Source: Candidatus Woesearchaeota archaeon (GTDB taxonomy: Archaea; Nanobdellota; Nanobdellia; Woesearchaeales; UBA10216). Taken from it: a DNA stretch of 64,000 nt. Below, in pieces: positions 18,721-28,097 of the stretch; position 1 is the stretch's first letter; every line of letters begins with the position of its first letter. The notes below the pieces were generated by a model. It saw only the letters and a list, made by a program, of their open reading frames with translations. It did no database searches and was not told the origin of the DNA. The stretch is taken from NCBI GenBank assembly GCA_002688315.1, contig NZCN01000015.1:2137-66136 (forward strand). Reading direction: 5' to 3'. A program made the position numbers and the translations under genes.

Positions 18721-18806
18721 ATGTAGAAGGGATAAGTAAGCGATTTAAAAAGCTATCGGTGACCTAACAAGCAAATCTTTATAAGAGTTGTTTAGTTGCT
18801 TTTTTC

Positions 18807-20006
18807 ATGGCAGAACTTATTTTTGAAGATTTGAAGTTCGAGGAGAAAGAGGATAAGATAGTTGTAACTTTTCTCGATAACTTTTATTTTGAGGTTGGAA
18901 AGGAAGCGTTTAATGATGCCAAATTTGATTCTAACAAAGTAGAATTTGCTGGGTTAAGCGAAGAAGAAGCAAGGAATAAGATAAATGTTATTCTTGACAA
19001 TGGTTTTGAGAATTTGAAGAGTAAAATAACCAACAAGCCAACTATTTACGTTAACAAATACTTTGGTTTGCCTCTTATTGGCAATGCTGGCTTTGGAATA
19101 ACTGACAGAAACAGCAACATGATAGAGATAAAACCGGTTACAGGCTGTAATATGAACTGCAGTTTCTGTTCTGTTGATGAAGGATTAACAAGCAAAAAAA
19201 CTTCAGAGTTGGTTATTGACAAAGATTATTTAGTGGAAGAAACAAAAAAGCTAATAGAAACAAAAGAGTGCGAGATGCACATTACAATAAATGCGCATGG
19301 CGAACCAACATTATACAAGCCAATGCCCGGATTGATTAAAGATTTATCGCAAATCAAGAATGTGAAAACAGTTTCTTTGATAACAAACGGTACATTACTA
19401 ACAGAAGAATACATAGATAAGTTAGAAAAAGCTGGACTAACCAAATTAAATGTCTCTCTTAATGCTGTTAGTGAAAAAATGGCTAAAATTCTTGAAGGAA
19501 GCGGAAAATATGATGTTAATCACGTCAAAAGAATTTGCGAATATGCTGCTAAAAAGATAGAAGTTATATTAGCTCCTGTATTTGTTCCTGGCTATAATGA
19601 TAATGAGCTTGGAGAAATGATTAAATTCGCCAAGAAGATTGGAGCGAAAATGGGCGTTCAGAACTTTCTTTATTACAAGCAAGGAAGAAAGCCTGCCAAT
19701 ACAGAACAAATGCCTTGGGAGCAGTTTTACGAAATGCTTAAGAAGCTGGAAAAAGAAAATGATTTTAAGCTTATGTTAGATGAAAGCGATTTTGGAATAA
19801 AGAAACTAAAGCCGCTTCCAAAACCATTCAAAAAAGACAATGTTGTTGATGCAGTGATAAAATGCGCTGGAAGATACCCAAACGAAGTAATTGCTGCTTC
19901 AGACAATAGAAATATAACTGTTACAAACTTCAAAGGAAACAACAAAAAAGTCAAAATAAAAATAACTGGAGATAAACATAACATATTTTACGGGAAAGCA
20001 CTATGA
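18807..20006 (+). CDS. radical SAM protein
   Basis: The CNMNCSFC (CxxxCxxC) cluster motif sits after an approximately 110-aa N-terminal domain. It overlaps the next gene by 4 nt. Confidence 0.85.
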   Translation: MAELIFEDLKFEEKEDKIVVTFLDNFYFEVGKEAFNDAKFDSNKVEFAGLSEEEARNKINVILDNGFENLKSKITNKPTIYVNKYFGLPLIGNAGFGITDRNSNMIEIKPVTGCNMNCSFCSVDEGLTSKKTSELVIDKDYLVEETKKLIETKECEMHITINAHGEPTLYKPMPGLIKDLSQIKNVKTVSLITNGTLLTEEYIDKLEKAGLTKLNVSLNAVSEKMAKILEGSGKYDVNHVKRICEYAAKKIEVILAPVFVPGYNDNELGEMIKFAKKIGAKMGVQNFLYYKQGRKPANTEQMPWEQFYEMLKKLEKENDFKLMLDESDFGIKKLKPLPKPFKKDNVVDAVIKCAGRYPNEVIAASDNRNITVTNFKGNNKKVKIKITGDKHNIFYGKAL

Positions 20007-21403
20007 AATTAAAAAGCATTGGATTGATTGTGTTTGTGATTGCAGCGCTGGTATTTCTCAGTGTTAAATTAAGTGCAATAGGTTATTCTGCGAGTGATGA
20101 GAATACTTATTACAAAATGGGGGAAATGGTTAGTGAAGGAAAGATGCCTTACAAAGATTTCTTTTTTGCTCATCCGCCACTGCAGATTTATTTGTATGCT
20201 GTTGTGTTTATGCTTTTTGGGTTTAATATTGGTGTTTTGAAATTTCTTTCTGCAATTGCAGCTGTGGTGACTGCTTATTATATTTTCAAGCTGCTTAATG
20301 AAAAATCAGAAGCTGCTGGAATGATTGGAACTGTATTATTTTTCTTCTCTCACTCTGTGCTGCTTTTCACGAGTTTTCCGACAGGAACTGAGTTTGTTAT
20401 GATGTTCTCAATGGCAGGATTTTATTATTTCCATAAAAAAAAGAGTGTAAAAAGCGGCTTGTTGTTTGGAATAGGAGCATTAACAGGATTGCTTGCATTA
20501 ATACCATTTGCTGTGATAAGTGTATGGCTTTTTATCAGGAATTTGAATGAGCTGAGAAAATTCTTAACAGCTTTCCTTGCTGTGTTTGTGATTGTAAACG
20601 CGTTTTTTGTGATAATAAGTAAAGGCGCATACATAACTCAAATAATCACTTACAACCTGCTTAAGCCAGAAGGAGTTATGGACAAATCTGCTCTAATTTC
20701 CAGGGTTATCGGCAAGAACTGGCTGATATTAGCTGCTGCTGCAACAGCTGTTTTTGCAAAAGGAAAATTCAGCAGCAGAGTAGCTGTTCCTTTGTTCATA
20801 GTAATAGCGTATGCTGCTGCGTTTACATTCATGAAAACAATTTTTGATTACTACTCGCTGGCTGTTGTTCCGTTCCTTGCTGTTCTTGCCGGACAAGGCT
20901 TGGCAGGAACTATGCAAAGTTTTAGGTTAAAGAAATTTTTTGCTTACCCAGCAATTGCTATTGTTATTCTTGTTATAAGTTATTTTAACTATAGCGACTT
21001 TTCTTCTAATGATACGTATGACTTTGAAACTGCAAGGGAAATTGCGAAGTTTGTGGAAGAAAATTCTGATAAAAACGAACTTATTTTTGGAGAAGATGCA
21101 ACAACGCCTTTAATTTCCTTGCTTTCTCGTCGAGATATTGCGCTTGATTTTGTAGACAGCAATGACTTAAGATTCAGAACAGGACTGGAAGATTCTGAAA
21201 AAACACTAACTGAACTTAAAGAAAACTTAAGATTTTTTATTGTTAGAAGATTGAATTTTGGGGAAGGGGTTAAGCTAACTTATGGATTAACTACGCTTCC
21301 TGAATTTGATTTGTTTCTGAAGGAAGAATGTGAAGTTGCTAAGAAATTTGAAACACCATGGAATGGTAAAATGAAAGAATATTATGTTTACGATTGTGAT
21401 TGA
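20003..21403 (+). CDS. polytopic membrane glycosyltransferase (GT-C fold, PMT/ArnT-like)
   Basis: About 10 TM segments. An early loop reads DENTYYKMG...PYKDFFFAHPPL, and the C-terminal domain is soluble. Confidence 0.65.
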   Translation: MKLKSIGLIVFVIAALVFLSVKLSAIGYSASDENTYYKMGEMVSEGKMPYKDFFFAHPPLQIYLYAVVFMLFGFNIGVLKFLSAIAAVVTAYYIFKLLNEKSEAAGMIGTVLFFFSHSVLLFTSFPTGTEFVMMFSMAGFYYFHKKKSVKSGLLFGIGALTGLLALIPFAVISVWLFIRNLNELRKFLTAFLAVFVIVNAFFVIISKGAYITQIITYNLLKPEGVMDKSALISRVIGKNWLILAAAATAVFAKGKFSSRVAVPLFIVIAYAAAFTFMKTIFDYYSLAVVPFLAVLAGQGLAGTMQSFRLKKFFAYPAIAIVILVISYFNYSDFSSNDTYDFETAREIAKFVEENSDKNELIFGEDATTPLISLLSRRDIALDFVDSNDLRFRTGLEDSEKTLTELKENLRFFIVRRLNFGEGVKLTYGLTTLPEFDLFLKEECEVAKKFETPWNGKMKEYYVYDCD

Positions 21404-21654
21404 AATAAGAGTTTTCTAATGAGTTTTGGTTTGAAAAGCAGTCAAAAACGTCCCAAACAACCCTAAAAACAGGTAAAATATTATTTGGATTTAACCCCTG
21501 TAACAACCTCAAAAAGCAGTATAAACGCGAAAAAAGGTGATAAAACGGCAAATTAAGGGTTAGCAAGATGAGGTAAAAGAGAAAAAGAGGTAGCGATTGG
21601 GATTTTTAACTATTCTTAGCAGAAGCTAAGATAATAAAAATAAATTTAGAAAAA

Positions 21655-21690
21655 AGGGTTAAAAAAAGAAAAGGTGGCTTTTAAGCCACT
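21655..21690 (-). terminator. hairpin plus oligo-T terminator after the S-layer gene
   Basis: On the minus strand, GTGGC-loop-GCCAC (21674..21689) starts 3 nt after the stop and is followed by CTTTTCTTTTTTT. Confidence 0.45.
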
Positions 21691-21691
21691 T

Positions 21692-24451
21692 TTACTCAGT
21701 TGTTTCTTCTGTGGTTTCCTCAGTAGTCTCTTCGGTTGTTTCTTCTTCAGTAGTTTCTTCAGGTTCTTCAACCACAACTGGCTTTGGAGCAGGTGCAGCA
21801 ACACTTATGTCGCTGAAACTTGTTCCAGTAACTTCAACTTCCATACCACTTAGCTTCTCAGTGTCTTGCCATTGTTCATAGTTGGCGACTACACGAGCTG
21901 CTCTTCTGGTATCAGAAGCATCCATACCAGCTACAAGCATTGCAACTTTTCCGTTTGCATTCTCGTAAAGCTTAATCATGGCTTTTCCTGTTGTGAAATC
22001 TTGAGCACAGTTGTCTGCACTTGGATTTCCCATAAGCTCTGATGCTATAGCGTTAGCACATGGACCGCCTACAACAATTGCGTTGTTGCTAGCAAGACCT
22101 CCTGCACTATCGAACTCCTGAGCAAGCTTAGCTGTACCAACAGCAATTGGACTTGTCTCGTAGTAGACAATTGAACCTCCTTCTGTTGCTTCGCCAGTGC
22201 TTATTTCAGCTCCAGGTGCGGATATGTAAACCAAAGGCAATCTTTGCACGCTTGGATAGTCAATAGTTACTGTTGGAGGGTCGTTAGTTGGGTTTTGCCA
22301 GTCAACGAATGCACCTAATGTTGTGTATGCATACTTCAAGGTGCTGTCTCCTACAGGACTCTTGTACTCGTGGTCTGCAACGTCTGTTCTTTCAGCAATT
22401 CTTACTTCACCAGTTGCAGCTGTTATGTTGAATTCAATAGCACTTGGTACTTTGTTGTCATAGTCGTCAGCATCCACAGTTTGCACAGATACAACAACCC
22501 CAGAGTTTGGCTGGATGGAAGTGTTCCATGTTGCGTTTGCGAGAGACGGGTCAGGTGACCATATTGCGATTTGTGCACCTGCTTTTGTGGTTATGTTGAC
22601 GAGGTTTGAAAAGTCGCCTCCATCTCCACCAAGGCTTCCTTGAGATCCTAACAGTGTTCCGTCAGCATCCAAGTCAACTTGGATGTTAAAGTCGTTAGAA
22701 TCTGCTGCACCAGCAGCCCAAACCTTAAAGGTAGCTCCGCCTATCGTTATCGTAGCTATATTTGAGGTACTTCCGCCTATCTTATCCTGTGAGTAAGGCG
22801 CAGTTAGAGACTTCTCAATTACTGAGCCATCTCCCAAGTTCTCGAATTTTATAGTCTTACTTCCAGTAGTGTCGTTTCTAGTAGCTTTACTATATTGCAA
22901 AGCATAAGATGCTCTAGCACCTGGGTTCTGACTTTCGTCACTCACTATAAAGTAGTCGTCTTTGTTTATTGTTTGGTTTTCATCCCAAATTGTGTCTTGG
23001 CTGTCGTCTCCTAACTTTAGGTTGTTGCTGCTGTCTGTCCATACAAATGGCAGACTTACAGCATCTCCATTTCCGTCAGTGAACTCAAGGTAATACTGAT
23101 CTGAGCTTGGATTTAATTTTATTGTTTCAACAGGCACGTTTTCCATACCTTGATATTCAATATCCCAAGCGTCCAACAATGCTTGTGGCTCTTCCAATTG
23201 TTCAGATAACTTGCCACCAGCGCCTATGTAGATTTTATCATCAGCTGTTACGTTAAGCTGAATAGTGTCAATCTTATATAGACTGTTAGCACTGTCATTA
23301 GTACCTGTTATGATAACAGATGTTTCGTCAACAGTTGTTGTTCCAACCTTTAATGAGTTACTGCTTATCCCATCTGTTATATCTGTGTCTTCAAGTTCTA
23401 TCTTGTTAGCACCAACATAGAACTCTGTTTTTCTAACACCGCCTGAAAAGTCTTGCACTGAAATATCCTTTACTCCGATAAGGGATTTGTCAGCAAGTGT
23501 ATAGGTGTCTCCTTCTTGCATAGAGTCTGTTAGTTCTCCATTGACAGTAAACTTAGCAGTTGTACTACCAACAAAGTCAAGACTTACGTCATAATCTTTT
23601 CCACCAACAGTGTAGGTTTTAGATTGGTCTTGGTCAAGTGTGTCTTGAACAGCTCCGCCCATTAAGGTAAGCTTTACACCTGTTGTTGAAGTTCTTGCTT
23701 TAACTATAGACCAGGTTTTTCCCAAAATGTCTATTGTTTTGTCTTCAAAACTCCACAAGTAAGTTCCTGCACTAGATAGAGTTCCTGCGCTGTCAGTCAA
23801 ATCTGCTTCAGCAGATGTTGTGAATTCTAATGCATACCTAGCAATTTGCTTTCTGCCATTAGCACTGTCAACGAAAAAGAAATCTCCGATTTCGTTTTTG
23901 TTAGCATCGTTTGTGCTCTTATCATAAGCAACAGTTCTGCTAACAGGCTTATATGAAGTTGTAGCAGTGTTCTTTGAGTTTACATTGTCAAAATATAGAT
24001 ATTGGTGGTAGTCAAAATCTCCTTTGCTGTTTCTGTGTGTTCCGTCTGCCAATAAAGTTGGCAATTCGTCGTCAGTTATGAAAGTTGTTATGTCACGAAT
24101 AGTTTCGTTAACAGAAGTGCCTTTTTCTGACATTTCAAATTTCTTTGCAGATGTTCCAACACGCCATGCTTCGCCACTTACAGATACTGTGCCTGAAGCC
24201 GATGACTGTACGGTTTTCTTAACTCTTGCAGCAAATTGCAAACTTGTAGCAATATCAACTGCGCCGAGAGTGTCTGCTGCTGCAGCGTTATCGCCAACAA
24301 CAATTAGAGCATCGAATTTACCATCTGCTACAAATGGTGCAGGGTAGTTTGCTAGGTCTGTAGCGGCACTAGCACTTAGAACAGTAGCACCCATCATAAC
24401 AGCTCCTGTACTTAGAGCCATAATCTTCTTAACGGTTTTTATCAACTTCAC
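21692..24451 (-). CDS. S-layer / surface protein with signal peptide and acidic Thr/Glu-rich C-terminal tail
   Basis: Start re-picked to GTG 24451, 6 nt after GGAGGTG. The signal-peptide-like KLIKTVKKIMALSTGAVMMGATVLSASAA precedes DLANYPAPFV...DALIVVGDNAAAAD, typical of archaeal S-layer N-termini. The C terminus is EEPEETTEEETTEETTEETTEETTE. Confidence 0.75.
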   Translation of the reverse strand: MKLIKTVKKIMALSTGAVMMGATVLSASAATDLANYPAPFVADGKFDALIVVGDNAAAADTLGAVDIATSLQFAARVKKTVQSSASGTVSVSGEAWRVGTSAKKFEMSEKGTSVNETIRDITTFITDDELPTLLADGTHRNSKGDFDYHQYLYFDNVNSKNTATTSYKPVSRTVAYDKSTNDANKNEIGDFFFVDSANGRKQIARYALEFTTSAEADLTDSAGTLSSAGTYLWSFEDKTIDILGKTWSIVKARTSTTGVKLTLMGGAVQDTLDQDQSKTYTVGGKDYDVSLDFVGSTTAKFTVNGELTDSMQEGDTYTLADKSLIGVKDISVQDFSGGVRKTEFYVGANKIELEDTDITDGISSNSLKVGTTTVDETSVIITGTNDSANSLYKIDTIQLNVTADDKIYIGAGGKLSEQLEEPQALLDAWDIEYQGMENVPVETIKLNPSSDQYYLEFTDGNGDAVSLPFVWTDSSNNLKLGDDSQDTIWDENQTINKDDYFIVSDESQNPGARASYALQYSKATRNDTTGSKTIKFENLGDGSVIEKSLTAPYSQDKIGGSTSNIATITIGGATFKVWAAGAADSNDFNIQVDLDADGTLLGSQGSLGGDGGDFSNLVNITTKAGAQIAIWSPDPSLANATWNTSIQPNSGVVVSVQTVDADDYDNKVPSAIEFNITAATGEVRIAERTDVADHEYKSPVGDSTLKYAYTTLGAFVDWQNPTNDPPTVTIDYPSVQRLPLVYISAPGAEISTGEATEGGSIVYYETSPIAVGTAKLAQEFDSAGGLASNNAIVVGGPCANAIASELMGNPSADNCAQDFTTGKAMIKLYENANGKVAMLVAGMDASDTRRAARVVANYEQWQDTEKLSGMEVEVTGTSFSDISVAAPAPKPVVVEEPEETTEEETTEETTEETTEETTE

Positions 24452-24529
24452 ACTTAACACCTCCGTGTTACTTTGTTTTAACGTTATAGACGCACGTATA
24501 GCGCCATTCTCTCCATTTGACAAGGGGAG

Positions 24530-24537
24530 TATATAAA
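24530..24537 (-). promoter_or_regulatory. TATA box (TTTATATA) for the S-layer gene
   Basis: On the minus strand, aaaaAGTTTATATACTCC lies about 80 nt upstream of the GTG start. This implies a leader of about 55 nt containing the SD. Confidence 0.4.
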
Positions 24538-24805
24538 CTTTTTGTTTTAATGTATAATGCAAAATATTTGTTCTTGTATATGCTTTATTTTTTCTTTCAT
24601 GCTACCTAGTGATATATGTCGAATTGCACTTTAATGAAAGGACTAGTTTATAAAGATTTATATCCTATAGACGACACATCCATATTGCTTCTCAACGGAG
24701 TACGCATAATGTTAGCAGTATATAATAATAGGTAAAGGATAAGGGGAAATAAAAGAAGAGTGAGTAAAGGATAAGTGAAAGATAAACAAATGATAAGCGA
24801 AGAAA

Positions 24806-24823
24806 TAATGAGGGGACGAGGAT
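24806..24823. repeat. 18-nt direct repeat of the tRNA-Leu 3' end (second copy at 24892..24909)
   Basis: taatgaggggacgaggat occurs twice, 86 nt apart. The second copy is the T-stem/acceptor 3' end of tRNA-Leu plus 3 nt of trailer. Confidence 0.6.
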
Positions 24824-24894
24824 CCAGAACAATTTTTTAAGAAAAAATTGAGTAAAAGATGGTTAAGTGGAGCGTAAAGCTCCACGAACCGTAA

Positions 24895-24978
24895 TGAGGG
24901 GACGAGGATTCGAACCCCGGAAGGCACTAAGCCAATGGGTCCTAAACCCATCACGTTTGACCACTTCGTTATCCCCTC
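24895..24978 (-). tRNA. tRNA-Leu(UAG), class II, intron-less
   Basis: Acceptor GAGGGGA/TCCCCTC, anticodon stem ATGGG/CCCAT with loop TTTAGGA, long variable arm, T-arm CGGGG TTCGAAT CCTCG, discriminator A. Confidence 0.9.
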
Positions 24979-25093
24979 AGTAGAATTAATGAAAAGTTGG
25001 GGTGTGTTATAAATATATTGCTATTATCAGTAGTAATAAGGGTTGTTATAGAAAGCAGCAACCTTTTTAAACCAGTGCTATTTCTCAAATGTT

Positions 25094-25588
25094 ATGCCAA
25101 AATCGTTTGAAGTTAACCCGTCGGAACTGGTAGAAAAAGTAGCTGGCGAACTAAAGAAAGAGTCAGAGATAAAAACTCCAGACTGGGCTGGGTTTGTAAA
25201 AACAGGAATGCATAAAGAAAGGCCTCCAAGCAAAGAATGGTGGCATATGAGAGCAGCTTCAATGCTTCGCACAGTTGCAAAGTTAGGCCCTATAGGCGTG
25301 TCAAAGTTAAAAATTAAGTATGGTGGAAAGAAAAACCGAGGCCACAAGCCATCACATTTCTATAAAGGTTCAGGCAGTATTGCCCGCAAAACACTCCAAC
25401 AGCTTGAGAAAGCAGGGCTTGTAAAGCAGGCAACAAAAGGCACGCACAAAGGCAGGGTCATAACAAAGAAGGCTGCTGAATTGATGAACTATATTGCTAA
25501 AGATTTAGGCGCTACAAAATCTGCTGATAAAAAGACTGCAACTCCTGCCAAAGTAGAAAGTAAAGACAACACGCCAACACAAAAATAG
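25094..25588 (+). CDS. rps19e: ribosomal protein S19e (with Lys-rich C-terminal extension)
   Basis: Contains PDWAGFVKTG...ERPP...WWHMRAASMLR and GRVITKKA. Confidence 0.92.
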   Translation: MPKSFEVNPSELVEKVAGELKKESEIKTPDWAGFVKTGMHKERPPSKEWWHMRAASMLRTVAKLGPIGVSKLKIKYGGKKNRGHKPSHFYKGSGSIARKTLQQLEKAGLVKQATKGTHKGRVITKKAAELMNYIAKDLGATKSADKKTATPAKVESKDNTPTQK

Positions 25589-25599
25589 AAGAAACGAAA

Positions 25600-25773
25600 A
25601 TGGCACAATACAAACATCCAAGCAGAAAGAAAAGGCTGAACAAGAAAGCTTCCCAGACAAAATGGGCTCCTTTCTGGACAGTTCCTAAAATATATGGCAG
25701 GGGCAGGCGTATTCACCCTGGAAGACATACTGCTGTTAAAAGAAACTGGCGCAGGAACAAATTAAAGGCTTAA
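25600..25773 (+). CDS. rpl39e: ribosomal protein L39e (57 aa; below the ORF-track cutoff)
   Basis: Hand translation gives MAQYKHPSRKKRLNKKASQTKWAPFWTVPKIYGRGRRIHPGRHTAVKRNWRRNKLKA. It lies between S19e and L31e, the conserved order. Confidence 0.85.
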   Translation: MAQYKHPSRKKRLNKKASQTKWAPFWTVPKIYGRGRRIHPGRHTAVKRNWRRNKLKA

Positions 25774-25774
25774 A

Positions 25775-26296
25775 ATGGCTGAAAAAACTTACAACATACC
25801 TCTGAGAAAGGAAATAATGAAAGTCCAAAGGTACAAAAGAGCGAAAAAAGCAGTTAGTTCTGTACGGGCTTATGTTATCAAGCATTCAAAATCATCCGAC
25901 GTGAAAATTGGAAAATATCTTAACCTTAAATTATGGGAGCATGGAATAAAAAACGTTCCCCACATGGTAAAAGTGGACATAACAAAAGACAACAAAGGAA
26001 CTGTTACTGCAGAACTTTTCGGAGCACCAAAAGAAGTGAAGAAAGAAGAGCCAAAGAAGCCTGAAACAGCAGTGGACAAGGTAAAAGCAGCAGTTGCAGG
26101 AAAAAAAGAAGAAAAAGAAAAGAAAACAGAAGTAAAAGCAGATGTTAAAAAAGAAGAAACAACTGAGAAAAAAGAAACTGAAACTAAAAAAGAAGAAAAA
26201 GTAACTGAACCAAAGAAAGAAAGTAGTAGTAGCGAAGAAAAAGTTATTGCAACAACTGATTCTAAAAGCAATAGCAGCAATAACGAAAAAAAGTAG
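25775..26296 (+). CDS. rpl31e: ribosomal protein L31e with long Lys/Glu-rich C-terminal tail
   Basis: Contains YNIPLRK...RYKRAKKAVSSVRAYVIKH...LNLKLWEHGIKNVP, followed by a low-complexity KE tail. Confidence 0.9.
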   Translation: MAEKTYNIPLRKEIMKVQRYKRAKKAVSSVRAYVIKHSKSSDVKIGKYLNLKLWEHGIKNVPHMVKVDITKDNKGTVTAELFGAPKEVKKEEPKKPETAVDKVKAAVAGKKEEKEKKTEVKADVKKEETTEKKETETKKEEKVTEPKKESSSSEEKVIATTDSKSNSSNNEKK

Positions 26297-26365
26297 TAAA
26301 GTTCTTTAACTAATCTTTATTTTCTAGTTATATGAAAACCTTATTGCCTTTTGAAAAGTTTGAGA

Positions 26366-27814
26366 TCAAAACTTTTCTAAGTTTGTAATTAATTTAAGAA
26401 AATCTTTCCCTTCTTTACTGATAGATATAAGAAAAGGATTTCTATTTATACCTAAACCCTCTATTTTGATATATGTTTTGTACTGCTTTTTTCTTAATGT
26501 ATCTAAAATGGAGTCCTCTCTAATTTTTAATAACATAGATAATTTTTTCACAGTTATACGATGATTTTTATTTATAACTGACAAATATTTAATCATAGTT
26601 TTTGTAAAACTGTGGTTCAAGAAACCTTCAAATGCTCTCTTTCTTCTTACACTATGGGTTCTAAAAGGAACTACTTCATTAAATAGAAAGGTTTTGAAGA
26701 AAGAATATAAGTTAGTCCATCCTTCAATTACAAAAGTTTTTGATTGTTGATCTTTGCATAATTCTACTATGCCAGTCTGACGCAATATTTTTTCAAAAAG
26801 CGTTTTCTCTTGCATATTGTAGCTGAGAGTTATTTTATGAAGACCTTTCTTACCAATCTGCGCACCGCCTTCTGCAGCTAATAAACCATTTAACGCGTGA
26901 AAAGCATTTTGTTTCTCCATGTTATTTTTTATTTTTTCAAAAACGTATCTGAAAATTAAAGAGACAATTGTTTTATCCATCACAATTCGCAAATTACCTG
27001 CAGGACTAGTTCTTAATATGCACTTAGAGTTTGAGTAGAATTGCTGTTCGTTTAAACATACTGCATTCTTCCAATATTCTTTTGCATAGAGACCATGTCT
27101 TAAATCATGCAATAAAATCCTCGATCTCCACACAGCTTTTGGTAATCGGAATATTTTCTCAAACTCATCAATCACAAACACATGGAGCTCTGGTAATTTA
27201 TTAGCAAAATATAGTTTATACGCGTAGTGTCCATCCCCATGGACTAAAAAGAATAACTCAATCAAATTTGAAGATAACTGAATAAATCTTGGAATTGTAA
27301 TAGGTTCTTTTTGTTTACGATAAATAGTAATATAGTTTTTAGCTCTAGGAATAATTTTGACATTTTTGTCGTAATGTACTATTTGTGCCAAGTCTATCTG
27401 TTGGTAACTTTCTGGAAGACATTTATCTCTTGCTATAATCTTTACAAAAATATTTTCGTTATTCTGTATGTTGAGTTTATCAACAATGATTTGGGGAATA
27501 TGTAGCTTTCTCCATTTATACATTTTAGTTACAAATTCAACTTCTTGATTTTCTCTACAAATCCTAACAAGCAGCACATCAGTTTCTTTTATCCCTTCCG
27601 ATTTCCTAGATTCTGCAGGATAAGTAATAAATGGACGACCGGTCCCCATTCTAAGAGGAGATTTAAATTCACACATAGGTCTTTCCTGTTTGTATAATCT
27701 GGCAAAGTCAACAGGATGGGCAATTTCTTTATAGTAAACTCTTTTGTCCTCTATATCTGCGTAAAATAGACTTCCTCTTTGTTTTGTTAAAGCTTGGTTA
27801 ATAATTGTTTTCAT
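26366..27814 (-). CDS. free-standing LAGLIDADG-like protein with extra N- and C-terminal (wHTH-like) regions
   Basis: Two candidate LAGLIDADG motifs, ELFFLVHGDGHY and LNGLLAAEGGAQ, lie about 130 aa apart. The SD-like GAGGT lies 5 nt upstream of the ATG. The motifs are divergent. Confidence 0.55.
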   Translation of the reverse strand: MKTIINQALTKQRGSLFYADIEDKRVYYKEIAHPVDFARLYKQERPMCEFKSPLRMGTGRPFITYPAESRKSEGIKETDVLLVRICRENQEVEFVTKMYKWRKLHIPQIIVDKLNIQNNENIFVKIIARDKCLPESYQQIDLAQIVHYDKNVKIIPRAKNYITIYRKQKEPITIPRFIQLSSNLIELFFLVHGDGHYAYKLYFANKLPELHVFVIDEFEKIFRLPKAVWRSRILLHDLRHGLYAKEYWKNAVCLNEQQFYSNSKCILRTSPAGNLRIVMDKTIVSLIFRYVFEKIKNNMEKQNAFHALNGLLAAEGGAQIGKKGLHKITLSYNMQEKTLFEKILRQTGIVELCKDQQSKTFVIEGWTNLYSFFKTFLFNEVVPFRTHSVRRKRAFEGFLNHSFTKTMIKYLSVINKNHRITVKKLSMLLKIREDSILDTLRKKQYKTYIKIEGLGINRNPFLISISKEGKDFLKLITNLEKF

Positions 27815-28097
27815 TTTTTACCTCTGGAAACCCCATCTAACGTGAGATTTCCTTCATTCAGTAAGGAAATCTCTTTTTGGAGTGAAGGGCATGTATAGCC
27901 AAGCTGCGTAAATGATTTTAGGCCGAAAAGCCGACCCTCGAAGAGGGGAAAATCATAATTTAGCAGCTCTGCGTGTGTCTTGAACTCACTTTAACACCAA
28001 TAGAACAATTACTTAATAAGGGCTACGCCTCCATGTCCAGTGGCCAATGGGAAATATTCTTAAAGGAAAGCTTAATCCAAAGGAGTGGAGGTGGGTG

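Noticed and set aside
27903-27967. An H/ACA guide RNA next to cbf5
   Set aside because: The hairpin has an internal loop, but no ACA box follows the 3' strand at the expected distance and no K-turn/K-loop is evident.
28027-28092. A tRNA or SD-sequestering structure from pairing of CGCCTCCA (28027..28034) with TGGAGGTG (28085..28092)
   Set aside because: The 8-bp complementarity is real, but the enclosed 50 nt do not fold into anticodon or T arms. Complementarity to an SD-like GGAGGTG is easy to get by chance. It was kept only as a remark.
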